This document shows, piece by piece, positions 12,066 to 22,003 of a stretch of 64,000 bases of DNA. Position 1 is the stretch's first letter; the number at the start of each line of letters is the position of its first letter. The stretch comes from an uncultured Trueperaceae bacterium. GTDB taxonomy: Bacteria > Deinococcota > Deinococci > Deinococcales > Trueperaceae. The position numbers and the translations under genes are program-made. The notes beneath the pieces were generated by a model. The model saw nothing but the letters and a program-made list of their open reading frames with translations, had not been told where the DNA came from and did not search any database. The DNA lies in assembly GCA_963799485.1 (NCBI GenBank), contig CAWCXJ010000009.1:128001-192000 (forward strand), written 5' to 3'.

Positions 12066-13886
12066 CTACTCGACCGTGACGCTCTTGGCCAGATTACGCG
12101 GCTGGTCAACATCGCGCCCGAGCCGCGCAGCGGTTTCGTAAGCCAAAAGCTGGAGCGCCACCACGTTGACAATCGGTGAGACGAGCTCGAGGGTTGCCGG
12201 GACATAGATCACAGCGTCGGCGTGCGCGGCGATGCGGGTGTCGCCTTCGCTGGCCAGAGCAATCACGATGCCGTCCCTGGCCCGCACCTCTTGCAAGTTC
12301 GAGATGGTTTTGTCATACAAGGCCGAGGCGGTAGCGACCGCTACGACCGGCATGTCCGAATCGATGAGCGCAATCGGGCCGTGTTTCATCTCGCCGGTGG
12401 CGTAGGCTTCGGCGTGGATGTACGAGATTTCTTTGAGTTTGAGCGCACCCTCCAAAGCCGTTGGATAGTTCGCACCCCGGCCCAGAAAGAGGTAGTCACG
12501 CTTGTCTTTGTAGGTCTCGGCAATCCGGGCGACTTCGGCGCGGGTTTGCAGCGTCTCTTCGACCAAAACCGGCAGCTGCCGCAAGGCGCTGATGAGTTCG
12601 GCGGCGCGTTCACCGCTGAGCGCACCCTTGGCGCGGCCTAAAAAGATGGCCAACAGTTCAAACGCCGCGACCATCGCGGTATAGGCTTTGGTGCTGGCGA
12701 CGCCGATTTCCGGGCCGGCGTGGATGTAAAGAACGTCGTCGGCCTCGCGGCTGATGGATGAGCCTTTCGAGTTCAGGATGGCGAGTGTTTTTGCGCCCTG
12801 GGTTTTGGCTTCGCGGAGGGCCTCGAGCGTATCGATCGTCTCGCCCGACTGCGACACCACCACGCAGAGCGTGCGGTCATTCAAGACCGGCTCGCGGTAA
12901 CGAAACTCGCTGGCAATCTCGACGTCTACGGGGATACGCGCGAGCTTTTCGATCAGATACTCGCCGACCATGCCCGAGTAGTAGGCGGTGCCGCACGCGC
13001 TCACGACCACCCGGTCGATGTCGTTCGGATCGAGCTTCAGCCCCAGCTGCACGTCCGCCCCGTTAGCAGCAAAGCGCCCGCCGAGCGTGTTTTGCAACAC
13101 CGTGGGCTGCTCGTAGATTTCCTTGAGCATAAAGTGCTCGAAGCCGGCCTTTTCCGCCGCTTCCGCGTCCCAATCGATGGTAGTGCTGCTGCGCGCCAAC
13201 ACGTTGCCGCCGAAGTCGGTAATCGTCACGCCGTCCCGGGTCAACAGCGCCATATCACCGTCGTGCAGGAACACGACCTCGCGGGTATACGGCAAGAGCG
13301 CCGGTACGTCGCTGGCGACGAAGGTCTCGCCGTCGCCGAGACCCAGAACCATCGGGCTGGTGGCTCTGGCGGCGACAATCAGGTCGTGGTCTTTGTGCGA
13401 CACCACGAGCGCGTACGCGCCCGTTACCTCGCGCAGGGCGCTCCGCACCGCCGCGACCAGATCGCCCTGATAGTGCGCTTCGATGAGGTGAACTATGACC
13501 TCGGTGTCGGTCTCGGAAGCGAAGACGTGACCTGCTGTTTGCAACCGCGACTTGAGCGGCAGGTAGTTTTCGATGATGCCGTTATGAATCACCGCGAGCT
13601 TGCCGTCTTCGGACAGATGCGGATGCGCGTTGACGTCGTTGGGTTTGCCGTGCGTCGCCCAGCGTGTATGACCGAGGCCGAGCGTGCCGGCGAGCGGTTT
13701 GGTTTGCAGCGCGGCGGCTAGAACCTTGAGCTTTCCGGCCCTTTTGGTCACCTGAAGCGCGTCTTCGTTTTTGCCTGAAATCACGACCCCGGCGGAGTCG
13801 TAGCCCCGGTACTCGAGCCTTTTGAGCCCGTCTAGAATTACCTCCGCCGCCTGGCGGTGTCCTACATAACCCACGATGCCACACAT
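12066..13886 (-). CDS. glmS: Glutamine-fructose-6-phosphate transaminase
   Basis: MCGIVGY N-terminus, LEYRGYDSAG, GHTRWATHG, SQSGET, PRNLAKSVTVE C-terminus. Confidence 0.99.
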   Translation of the reverse strand: MCGIVGYVGHRQAAEVILDGLKRLEYRGYDSAGVVISGKNEDALQVTKRAGKLKVLAAALQTKPLAGTLGLGHTRWATHGKPNDVNAHPHLSEDGKLAVIHNGIIENYLPLKSRLQTAGHVFASETDTEVIVHLIEAHYQGDLVAAVRSALREVTGAYALVVSHKDHDLIVAARATSPMVLGLGDGETFVASDVPALLPYTREVVFLHDGDMALLTRDGVTITDFGGNVLARSSTTIDWDAEAAEKAGFEHFMLKEIYEQPTVLQNTLGGRFAANGADVQLGLKLDPNDIDRVVVSACGTAYYSGMVGEYLIEKLARIPVDVEIASEFRYREPVLNDRTLCVVVSQSGETIDTLEALREAKTQGAKTLAILNSKGSSISREADDVLYIHAGPEIGVASTKAYTAMVAAFELLAIFLGRAKGALSGERAAELISALRQLPVLVEETLQTRAEVARIAETYKDKRDYLFLGRGANYPTALEGALKLKEISYIHAEAYATGEMKHGPIALIDSDMPVVAVATASALYDKTISNLQEVRARDGIVIALASEGDTRIAAHADAVIYVPATLELVSPIVNVVALQLLAYETAARLGRDVDQPRNLAKSVTVE

Positions 13887-13984
13887 AAAAGTCTCCTATA
13901 TCAACATCTGCTATCAACAACAAGGTCTGCGCGTGTTTAGACGCAGCCACACAATACCTACAGGCCGCTGACCTCACAGGCACG

Positions 13985-14226
13985 CCTTCAGGTTTTTCTA
14001 CCGGTTTTCGTAACGACTTTTTGCGCCGGTTGGGATTCCGGCAGGACTCGAGCATCAAAAGACGGGAGGGGCCCGCAGACAGCTTCGCATTTTCGGTACG
14101 GTTCGGGATGATAGCGCCGTCAACCGTTACCTTATCTTTTACCACCCGAACGCAATATATATGCGTGTCCGGGGGTAAAAGCCCTCCACCTCGTCACCTG
14201 ACTTGCAGCCAGCACTCGTGGCGCTA
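13985..14226 (-). ncRNA. glmS ribozyme-like leader with atypical insertion
   Basis: Minus strand: AGCGCC (14225-14220), P1 hairpin CUGGCU/AGUCAG, UGACGAGG-UGGAGG, later GCGGGCCCCUCCCG. These match glmS ribozyme core motifs, upstream of glmS. There is an ~90 nt insertion and an imperfect P2.2; 3' boundary approximate. Confidence 0.65.
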
Positions 14227-14693
14227 ACGGTATCGGCTTATAAAACCGGCTTGGAACGCATAACCTCTAGAGGTGTAGCGCTTATAACCGGCTCACTAGA
14301 TAAGCTAAAACCTGCCGCAAATCAGGGCTTGCGCTTTCCCGAGAGTCTTCCCTCGCCCTCCTCCCACGGCTGCCCGACAACGAACATCGTGTGCAGCGCG
14401 TTTAAGACGCCCCGGTTCGCGGGGGCAATCTCACCGCTCTGCTCGAGCAGCGGATGAGCCAAGGTAGCCGACTAATGTGAACGGAACATGAAGCGCGTCA
14501 GGTCTCCGCCCGCGACATCCTCGGGTCCGGGCAGCGTAGCGCCCTGTGAAGGTCCGTGCAGAGGGAGAGCGGCAGTGTCAGCGCCGCACCTTAGTATTCA
14601 CCCAAGAGCAAGAGAAGGTTTCATTTTCGGTTCACCTTTTTCGTTTAAGTTTTCAGTGTTTTATAACGACCTCCAAAAATACTAGTTGGAGGT

Positions 14694-14779
14694 TCCTTTC
14701 GGAAGCGACGAAGTTTGTTCCCTATGTGGGCGCTTGGAGCAGATGGAGCTGGTAGCGCACCCGGCCGAAGCCGAAAGGA
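14694..14779 (+). ncRNA. c-di-GMP-II-type riboswitch (copy 1)
   Basis: P1 UCCUUUCGG/CCGAAAGGA, GGAAGC..CGAAG kink-turn side, loop UAUGUGGGCGCU, UGGAGCUGGUAGCGCACCCGGCC pseudoknot strand; 5' of the Agd3-like gene. Confidence 0.85.
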
Positions 14780-14852
14780 CGTTGAGGTGAAGTGTTTCAA
14801 GTGGGTACCGTCGTTTTTGTTGTTTTTACAGTTCGCAAAGGAGATGGTTTAG

Positions 14853-17800
14853 ATGAGCCGCCGTTCATCTCTCGCCCCCCCCCACAGCTCAGCGCCCGAA
14901 ACCGTGCCCGTCAGCCTTTTTCTGGGCGCACGCGTACTGCTACCGCTGCTACTTCTCTTGGGTATTGCCGCTTGTAGTACTGCGCCTACCCCTGCTACGG
15001 TGACCGTCCAGGGAACCGATCCCGCGCTGATTGAAGATGTACAGCCACCTACTTTGCCCATCGAACCGGCAACCGACCCCCTGCCGCGGATCCCCGGAAA
15101 CGTACCGGTCGAGCCTACGCTCAACGCTTCTGCTGCACTCTCGAGTAAGGTGCAGATGCGCCTGTTGCTGATCAGCCCAACCGCTGATGACCCGGGTCTA
15201 GAAGCGCTCAAAGCGCTCTGCGATCAGGTGGGTGCATTGTGCGACACCTTCATTTCGTCGACGACGCCGTTGACCCGCAACGTGCTCGAGGATACGAGCA
15301 AAAGCGAAGGGAAATACCAGGGAATCTTTTTGACCGATAACCAGCTCGCCTATAACAGCGGTGGAAGCTGGGCCGTGTCTTTTGATGCCGACGAGTGGAA
15401 CACGCTCTGGGAGTACGAGCGCGATTACAGCGTACGCCAGGTTTCGCTCTTCACCTATCCCGGCTCCTATCCCGAACCCCAGGGCTTGACCTATGAAGGG
15501 AACGCGCCCGGAACTGCGCCGAGCACCGGCAAAGCCTATTACAACGCCTCGCTAACCGCCGATGGTCAGGATGTTTTTTCGTCGCTCAAGGCGAACGCGC
15601 CCATACCTATCCACTTTGCGTACACCTATCTGGCTAAGTTGGACCCCACCATTTCTTCAGCCAAGCCGCTCCTTCAGGACAGCTCCGGAAATGTGCTGGC
15701 CGCCACCTCGACCTCCCCTGATGGGCGGGAGCGCTTGGCGCTGAGTATGGCGCAGGCTCCGTTCCTGCTGCATAGCCAGCTGCTGACCTACGACCTGATG
15801 CGTTGGGTGACCAAAGGCGTCTTTATCGGTCAGCGGCAATTCTATCTGGGGATTGACCAGGACGACTTTTTTGTGCCGACCGATAAGTGGGACGCGACCG
15901 TAGGCGGCATTAACGGTCAGTACCGGCTGACTGCCCAGGATGTTGCGGGTCTCGTTGCCCAGCAGAATAAGCTCCGGAGCGCCTACCCCTTTGCCAAAGA
16001 CTTCGCCTGGACCATAGCGTTTAACGGTTCCTACGCCAACGAAAGTGCACCGAGCGACTGCAGCGCCGCCCCAGGTGGCCCTGACCCGCTGACTAGTGCG
16101 GCCCTGTGCTACAAGGGTGAGTTCTTTTGGCTTAACCATACCTGGACGCACGCGTTCATGGACAAAACGAACTACGCTACGTCGTTCAGCGAAATCGACC
16201 TTAATACAAAACTTGCCCAGCGCCTTGGCCTCACTACAAGTAAGTACGGCTTCAATAGCCTAGTTACGGGTGATATATCCGGATTGGGTTGGTACGCCCC
16301 TAATGGGCCTGACACCGGCCCCAAAGTCGACTTCGGCTTAAATGCGTCAAACCCTGAGTTCTTGAAAGCTGCCGCAGATGCCGGCGTCCGCTATCTCGCC
16401 TCGAACATGTCTGTGACGTCACAGGAGCCGGTGAACTGTTGGGGTTGCGGTATCACGCACCCGCTTAATTCAGACATCTTCTTGATTCCGCGTTGGCCAA
16501 CCAACCTGTTTTTTTCCCCGACCACACCCGTCGATATGATGGACGCCTACAACCGCGTCTACGGTCCAAGTGGCAGCTCCCCCTATTTCGACAAAAATCT
16601 CACCTATGACGAGTACCTTGACGTCGAGGCTGAAATTTCCCTTTTCCACGTCATCTCCGGTTCGCCTTATCAGCACTATCAGCACGTCGGCAACCTGCGC
16701 GAGTACGCTTCAGGCCGCAGCTTGGCCTACGACTGGGTAGAACGACTTCTCTCACAGTACAGCCGCTACTACAACAAACCGCTTAAAACGCTCGACTGGA
16801 AAACACTGAGCGAAACCGTTGCCAAACGCACTTCATTTAGAAAAGCAGGTCTTAGCGGCGTCTTGGATATGGCGGCCAAAACGGTTACTATCACCTCCGC
16901 CAACGGTGGAACACTCTACTTTACGCACGGCTCGAGCGCCACCATCGTTACGGACAGCCTTGGCGTAGGTCAAAGCAAGACCTTTAACGTCTCCTATGAC
17001 TATTCTGCTCCTAAAAACGCTCAAGAAATCACCTTCACCTCGGCGGCCCCGACCAACGCCACGGTAGGTGGCAGCTACACCGTCAGCGCCACGGCCAGCT
17101 CCGGCTTGGCGGTCAGCTTTGCCTCTACTACTACTGACGTCTGCACCGTTTCGGGCAGCACCGTCAACTTCGTTGCTGCTGGGGCATGTACGGTCGATGC
17201 GTCGCAGGCCGGGAACGAAACCTACAACCCCGCACCTAACGTCAATCAGACGTTTGCCATTACGGCAGCTCCGGTTGTCAAGCAAAACCAGACCATCACC
17301 TTCACCTCGTCGGCCCCGACCAACGCCACGGTAGGTGGCAGCTACACCGTCAGCGCCACGGCCAGCTCCGGCTTGGCGGTCAGCTTTGCCTCTACTACTA
17401 CTGACGTCTGCACCGTTTCGGGCAGTACCGTCAACTTCGTTGCTGCTGGGGCATGTACGGTCGATGCGTCGCAGGCCGGGAATGAAACCTACAACCCCGC
17501 ACCTAACGTCAATCAGACGTTTGCCGTTGCGGCAGCTCCGGTTGTCAAGCAAAACCAGACCATCACCTTCACCTCGTCGGCCCCGACCAGCGCCACGGTG
17601 GGTGGCAGCTACACCGTCAGCGCCACAGCCAGCTCCGGCTTGGCGGTCAGCTTCCGCACAGCTAATCCCAACAGATGCACGGTTTCGGGTAGCACCGTCA
17701 ACTTCATTGCCAGGGGCAGGTGCACTATTCGCGCCTTACAAGCAGGCGACGCCAGCTACAATGCGGCTCCCACGGTTTCGCAGTCTTTCGCGATCCAGGC

Positions 17801-18065
17801 AGTGGTCAAGCAAAACCAGACCGTCACCTTCACCTCGTCGGCCCCGACCAACGCCACGGTGGGTGGCAGCTACACCGTCAGCGCCACAGCCAGCTCCGGC
17901 TTGGCGGTCAGCTTCCGCACAGCTAATCCCAACAGATGTACGGTTTCGGGTAGCACCGTCAACTTCATTGCCAGGGGTAGGTGCACCATTCGCGCCTTAC
18001 AAGCAGGCGACGCCAGCTACAAAGCTGCGCCCAGGGTTTCGCAGTCTTTCACCGTGCGCCGTTGA
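14853..18065 (+). CDS. Agd3-like carbohydrate deacetylase lipoprotein with four C-terminal Ig-like repeats
   Basis: Lipobox LGIAAC; N-terminal alpha/beta module (LLLIS...YQGIFLT...EWNTLWEYERDYSVRQV); catalytic-type motifs GIDQDDFF and WLNHTWTH as in Agd3/CE18; PRWPTNLFF. Confidence 0.75.
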   Translation: MSRRSSLAPPHSSAPETVPVSLFLGARVLLPLLLLLGIAACSTAPTPATVTVQGTDPALIEDVQPPTLPIEPATDPLPRIPGNVPVEPTLNASAALSSKVQMRLLLISPTADDPGLEALKALCDQVGALCDTFISSTTPLTRNVLEDTSKSEGKYQGIFLTDNQLAYNSGGSWAVSFDADEWNTLWEYERDYSVRQVSLFTYPGSYPEPQGLTYEGNAPGTAPSTGKAYYNASLTADGQDVFSSLKANAPIPIHFAYTYLAKLDPTISSAKPLLQDSSGNVLAATSTSPDGRERLALSMAQAPFLLHSQLLTYDLMRWVTKGVFIGQRQFYLGIDQDDFFVPTDKWDATVGGINGQYRLTAQDVAGLVAQQNKLRSAYPFAKDFAWTIAFNGSYANESAPSDCSAAPGGPDPLTSAALCYKGEFFWLNHTWTHAFMDKTNYATSFSEIDLNTKLAQRLGLTTSKYGFNSLVTGDISGLGWYAPNGPDTGPKVDFGLNASNPEFLKAAADAGVRYLASNMSVTSQEPVNCWGCGITHPLNSDIFLIPRWPTNLFFSPTTPVDMMDAYNRVYGPSGSSPYFDKNLTYDEYLDVEAEISLFHVISGSPYQHYQHVGNLREYASGRSLAYDWVERLLSQYSRYYNKPLKTLDWKTLSETVAKRTSFRKAGLSGVLDMAAKTVTITSANGGTLYFTHGSSATIVTDSLGVGQSKTFNVSYDYSAPKNAQEITFTSAAPTNATVGGSYTVSATASSGLAVSFASTTTDVCTVSGSTVNFVAAGACTVDASQAGNETYNPAPNVNQTFAITAAPVVKQNQTITFTSSAPTNATVGGSYTVSATASSGLAVSFASTTTDVCTVSGSTVNFVAAGACTVDASQAGNETYNPAPNVNQTFAVAAAPVVKQNQTITFTSSAPTSATVGGSYTVSATASSGLAVSFRTANPNRCTVSGSTVNFIARGRCTIRALQAGDASYNAAPTVSQSFAIQAVVKQNQTVTFTSSAPTNATVGGSYTVSATASSGLAVSFRTANPNRCTVSGSTVNFIARGRCTIRALQAGDASYKAAPRVSQSFTVRR
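17022..18055 (+). repeat. Four tandem intragenic repeats (spacing 267, 267, 261 bp) encoding Cys-paired Ig-like domains
   Basis: Units start at 17022, 17289, 17556 and 17817 (QTITFTSSAPTNATVGGSYTVSATASSGLAVSF); units 1/2 and 3/4 are near-identical pairs. Confidence 0.95.
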
Positions 18066-18610
18066 GGAAACCTTTTTACGAGCCTTACAAGCCCTATGCA
18101 GCTTCAACTGAAGCTGCATAGGGCGGAAAACACTATAGTTTTGGTTCTTACCCATCCAAGCTACCGAATGCAAAGGCGACGCACCTGAAGGCCAAACATG
18201 CACGTTACAACAAAAAGTATCGATTCCGTTTCAAAGGTGGACGGCGTTCGCCAAGCTGCTCGAGGTACCATAGTGGTTCGCCTATTTGACCAGATCTGCG
18301 GTGCCGCTCGCCCTTTGTAACGGGGTTTGGCTTCGCCGTCAACTCTCGCAGTGTCCCACGTTTACGTGAGTGTTTACCCTCGGCGGCGCGCTCGAGATTG
18401 GGGAGACGCGTCGCCTTTTGTTTTTGCGCCTTTTGTTCTCAAACAGTAACCTTGCGGCTCAAAGTAACCTTGACTTCTACAGGCTAACAGTTGCCCTTAG
18501 ACGCTGGTTTCGTGAACGGGCACGCTACCTTTTGCCTCATGGCGTTTTTGGAATGACTCAAGAAGCCTTGGGGTAGAACCAATCGCCACTACTATTTCGG
18601 GGAGGTTTAC

Positions 18611-19396
18611 ATGCGAGAAGTGCTTATGGGCATCTTTTTCACTCTCTTCTTGACCAGCTGCACCCAAGCTTTACTAAACCGTGAAAGTCAGGCTATACGC
18701 TGGCGTCCGAAACCCGGTACCTCGTGGCAGTGGCAGTTACAGGGAAAACTCGATACTTCATTCAAAGTCGACGCTTACGACCTTGACCTCTTCGATACGT
18801 CGGCGGCAACAATTGCCAAACTGCATAACCGGGGTACGAAAGTCATCTGCTATTTTTCGGCGGGCTCGTATGAGGCGTGGCGCCCCGACGCAGCAAAAAT
18901 ACCCAAAGCGGCGCGCGGCAAAAAGCTGCAAGGGTGGGATGAGTCGTGGCTCGATGTGCGCTCTAAGGGGGTAAAGGCTGTGATGCGCGCGCGGCTAGCC
19001 CTAGCCAGCAAAAAGGGGTGCGACGCTGTTGAGCCTGATAATGTAGACGGCTACAGTCATAAGACGGGTTTTGCGCTCACCGCAAGTGATTCGCTACGTT
19101 ACAGCATGTTTCTGGCACGTGAGGCGCACGCACGTGGTCTGAGCGTCGCGCTGAAGAACAATCTGGAACAGGTCAAGGTGCTCGAGCCTTACTTCGATTT
19201 TGCCATCAACGAAGAATGCCACGCTTGGCGCGAATGCGCCAAGCTTCAGCCCTTTATAAAGGCGCGCAAGGCTGTACTGGGGGTTGAGTACAACCTCAAT
19301 CCTAAAAAATTTTGTCAAAGAGCAAATGCAGCCGATATGGACTTTCTGAAAAAGCGTCCAAGCTTGGACGCTTACCGCGTTGCGTGCAGACCGTGA
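18611..19396 (+). CDS. GH114 endo-alpha-1,4-polygalactosaminidase-like lipoprotein
   Basis: Lipobox FLTSC; WQWQL, VICYFSAGSYEAWRPD, GCDAVEPDNVDGY, LKN, FAINEEC motifs; GGAGG SD. Confidence 0.9.
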   Translation: MREVLMGIFFTLFLTSCTQALLNRESQAIRWRPKPGTSWQWQLQGKLDTSFKVDAYDLDLFDTSAATIAKLHNRGTKVICYFSAGSYEAWRPDAAKIPKAARGKKLQGWDESWLDVRSKGVKAVMRARLALASKKGCDAVEPDNVDGYSHKTGFALTASDSLRYSMFLAREAHARGLSVALKNNLEQVKVLEPYFDFAINEECHAWRECAKLQPFIKARKAVLGVEYNLNPKKFCQRANAADMDFLKKRPSLDAYRVACRP

Positions 19397-19595
19397 CACC
19401 TGCAAGTCTGGTCGGTACTGCAAGAACCGCCGCACACTACCCTGCTGCTTCGGTGTGGATTTCACCTGTCTTTTATGCAATCGGCGTACAGACGATTGGT
19501 AGCCTTGATGAGCCGCTGGGCCGATGCTATGGCTTGCCGCAACCCCGAAGTTTACTGGCGCAGCGAGTACAAGGCGGCAATACACGTAGCGTAAC

Positions 19596-20981
19596 ATGAA
19601 GTTTCTCCGTAAATCGACGCAACCTTTTTATTATGATGGTTTCAGGACGAAGAAAGGAACCCGGAAAACCTTGAAATACAACCCCCACATCGTGCTCCTA
19701 CCAACGACATCCATAAGCTCGTTGTGCCTGCTTCTCTCGCTGTTTCTGGGGGCCACCAGTTGGGCCAGCGCCGAAAACGTAAGTGTGGCAGCCTTTCTTG
19801 GGTTGCTGCAGAACAGCCCAGAGCTTCAGGCCACGCGCGCTTCAGTCGCGGCTGCTGAGGCGGCCCTTAACCAGGCGCGCAAACCCGTTGCGCTCGATCT
19901 CAACGTAGCAGCGCAAACTCGCTCGGACCCGCTGGCCCCGGCTACCCCTGTCGCCAACCTGGGAACGGGTGTGACCGCCTATCCGTTTAACTACGGGCCC
20001 CAGGGTCAGACCGTCCGAACGCGCGAGTTGGAGCTCGCCCAGGCTCGGCTGAACTACCGTCAGGCGCTGGTGCGGCTAGAGATCAAGGCCTTAAGAAGCA
20101 CCTTCGAGCTCGAGTTGAACCGCCAAGCACTGGCGTTAGCACAGCGCGGCACCGTGGCGGCTGAGCAGATTCGTGAAACTACACAGCTACGCTATACCCA
20201 AGGCGTGGCGACAATTGTAGACGTGCGTAACGCAGAAGCCGAGGAGCAGCGGAAGAAAAATCTGGTATCGACCTTTGCGGCTAACTTGGAGCTAGCTGAA
20301 GCGACCCTCACGGAGCTGGTGGGGCAGGCGCGTTTAGCCCGGTTGCCCGACCTGAGGACGCCGGAAGGAACACCCGCAAATCTTCGTTACAGCGATATCA
20401 CCGTGCAGTTGGCGCGCATCGGTGCGTCGGGAGCTGTGCGCGACTTTTATCCTGTGGCTGAGGTGACCTACAACCTCGATCTGTCGGAACAAAGCCGGGT
20501 ATCTGCGTCACTCAGCTCTAGGGATCTGGCTCCGCGGGTAGGCTACACCTACGCGAGTAACGGGTGGGACGATGGCGTTAGACTTTCTGTTCGCCTCTCC
20601 ACGACGATTTCGCCCGAGCAGTTCCAAAACGTCACCCGCCTTGAACAGCTGCAAGTTGCTGCTGAAGAGAATCAACGTGCAGCGGAGCGCGACGCCACCA
20701 CGCAGGAAAGGCAGCTGTTAAACCGAATAGCGGAGACGGCGCGTAACAAAGAACTTGCGAGCTTTATCTTCAAAAATGCTGAGCGCTCACTTCGTGAGGT
20801 GCAGCAGCGGCAGTTGCTGGGTGTCGCCACGCCTCTCGACACCCAGCAGGCCGTTGTTGCCTTGGCGAACGCCGGCGCGTCGTTGTGGGATTCGCTGTAC
20901 GACGCCCGGCGTCAGCATATGCTGGCGCTCCTTGACCTTTACGAATTTTACGGTCTACCTGTCCTGGAGCTGCTCCCATGA
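19596..20981 (+). CDS. TolC-family outer membrane protein
   Basis: Signal peptide (SWASA), NSPEL, coiled-coil helices, RYTQGVATIVDV and LLGVATPLD TolC-type repeats; true start probably downstream. Confidence 0.7.
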   Translation: MKFLRKSTQPFYYDGFRTKKGTRKTLKYNPHIVLLPTTSISSLCLLLSLFLGATSWASAENVSVAAFLGLLQNSPELQATRASVAAAEAALNQARKPVALDLNVAAQTRSDPLAPATPVANLGTGVTAYPFNYGPQGQTVRTRELELAQARLNYRQALVRLEIKALRSTFELELNRQALALAQRGTVAAEQIRETTQLRYTQGVATIVDVRNAEAEEQRKKNLVSTFAANLELAEATLTELVGQARLARLPDLRTPEGTPANLRYSDITVQLARIGASGAVRDFYPVAEVTYNLDLSEQSRVSASLSSRDLAPRVGYTYASNGWDDGVRLSVRLSTTISPEQFQNVTRLEQLQVAAEENQRAAERDATTQERQLLNRIAETARNKELASFIFKNAERSLREVQQRQLLGVATPLDTQQAVVALANAGASLWDSLYDARRQHMLALLDLYEFYGLPVLELLP

Positions 20982-22003
20982 AGCTGACAACGATTGCTTT
21001 AACGCTGCTGATTCACGGAATGCTAACCATCGGCTACGGCCTATCTCTCGACGCCGCGCTCCAAAGCGTCCAGGAGCAGCCAGCAGTCGTGACGGCAGAG
21101 GAAGCGGTGAATGCCGCGCGGAGCGACCTGACCAGAACCAGAGCCGATCCATACGCGCTAACACGCGAAGTGTTTCTGGCAGAGCAGCAGCTGGCACTGG
21201 GCCAAGCGCAAGCCCGGCAGGCTTACTACAACGCGGTAAATGATATTGGCAACGCGTACTCTGCGGTGCTGCTGGCTGAGCTTGAGGCGCAGCTTGCAGA
21301 AGCTAACGAAGAGCTTAACCGGACGTACACCGAGACGACTCGGGCGCAGGAGCTAAACGGCGAGGCGACGGCCCTCGAGGTGCGCAACCTCGAGGCAGCA
21401 CTGGGTACAGCTGTAGCGAATCGGCGGAGCGCCGCGGAAACCGTAGCGGTAAGGCGCGGCGCACTGCGTAGATTGCTCTCAGCTAAAGTGGTGGGTGAGC
21501 GCCTGGAACCTATTCCCGATACGCGCCTCAACCAACCTCCACCCCCGCCGTACGAGCTTATCGGTAAAGCCAACGCACATATCGACCTTGTCTACGCTCG
21601 TCAAGCGGTAGCGCTGGCGCAGCTTGAGGTCGACTTGCTGGACCCAAGCTACAGCACTGCGCGAAACGTAAAGGCGGCAGAAACCCAGCTGGCAGCAGCG
21701 AAAACAACGTTGGCTACGGTGACCCGCTTACGCTACGACCAGATCTACCTCCTCTACGCGCAAGTCGAAGCTGCGCAGCGCGCCTACCGTGCTCAAGAGG
21801 AGACGTCGGCAGTAGCTCAAAAACAACTTGCGTCACAGCGCAACCAGTTTCTTTACGGCGCTATCTCGGAAACCGAGCTGCAACAGGCTAGGTACGCAGC
21901 GATTGCTGCTCAGCTCGAACAGCGGCGCGCCAAGCACAATCTTCTTACCTCGCTTCTCTCTCTGCAAACTTTAGCTGCAACTGACCTGCTGGCACCCAAC
22001 TAG
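20978..22003 (+). CDS. Second TolC-family (outer membrane efflux-like) protein
   Basis: LSLDAAL start of mature protein, NGEATALEV and QFLYGAISETEL repeats; ATGA overlap with previous gene. Confidence 0.7.
   Translation: MKLTTIALTLLIHGMLTIGYGLSLDAALQSVQEQPAVVTAEEAVNAARSDLTRTRADPYALTREVFLAEQQLALGQAQARQAYYNAVNDIGNAYSAVLLAELEAQLAEANEELNRTYTETTRAQELNGEATALEVRNLEAALGTAVANRRSAAETVAVRRGALRRLLSAKVVGERLEPIPDTRLNQPPPPPYELIGKANAHIDLVYARQAVALAQLEVDLLDPSYSTARNVKAAETQLAAAKTTLATVTRLRYDQIYLLYAQVEAAQRAYRAQEETSAVAQKQLASQRNQFLYGAISETELQQARYAAIAAQLEQRRAKHNLLTSLLSLQTLAATDLLAPN

Noticed and set aside
14325..14570. Possible eroded minus-strand coding remnant between glmS leader and riboswitch
   Set aside because: Contains a stop and a frameshift, and I cannot assign a family
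17022..18055. Long direct repeats as a possible CRISPR array or DGR template
   Set aside because: 261-267 bp in-frame coding repeats with no spacers, no cas or RT gene, and no adenine-specific variation
18172..18419. 11-bp inverted repeat AAAGGCGACGC ~230 bp apart (MITE?)
   Set aside because: Short, no target duplication or second copy; may be chance
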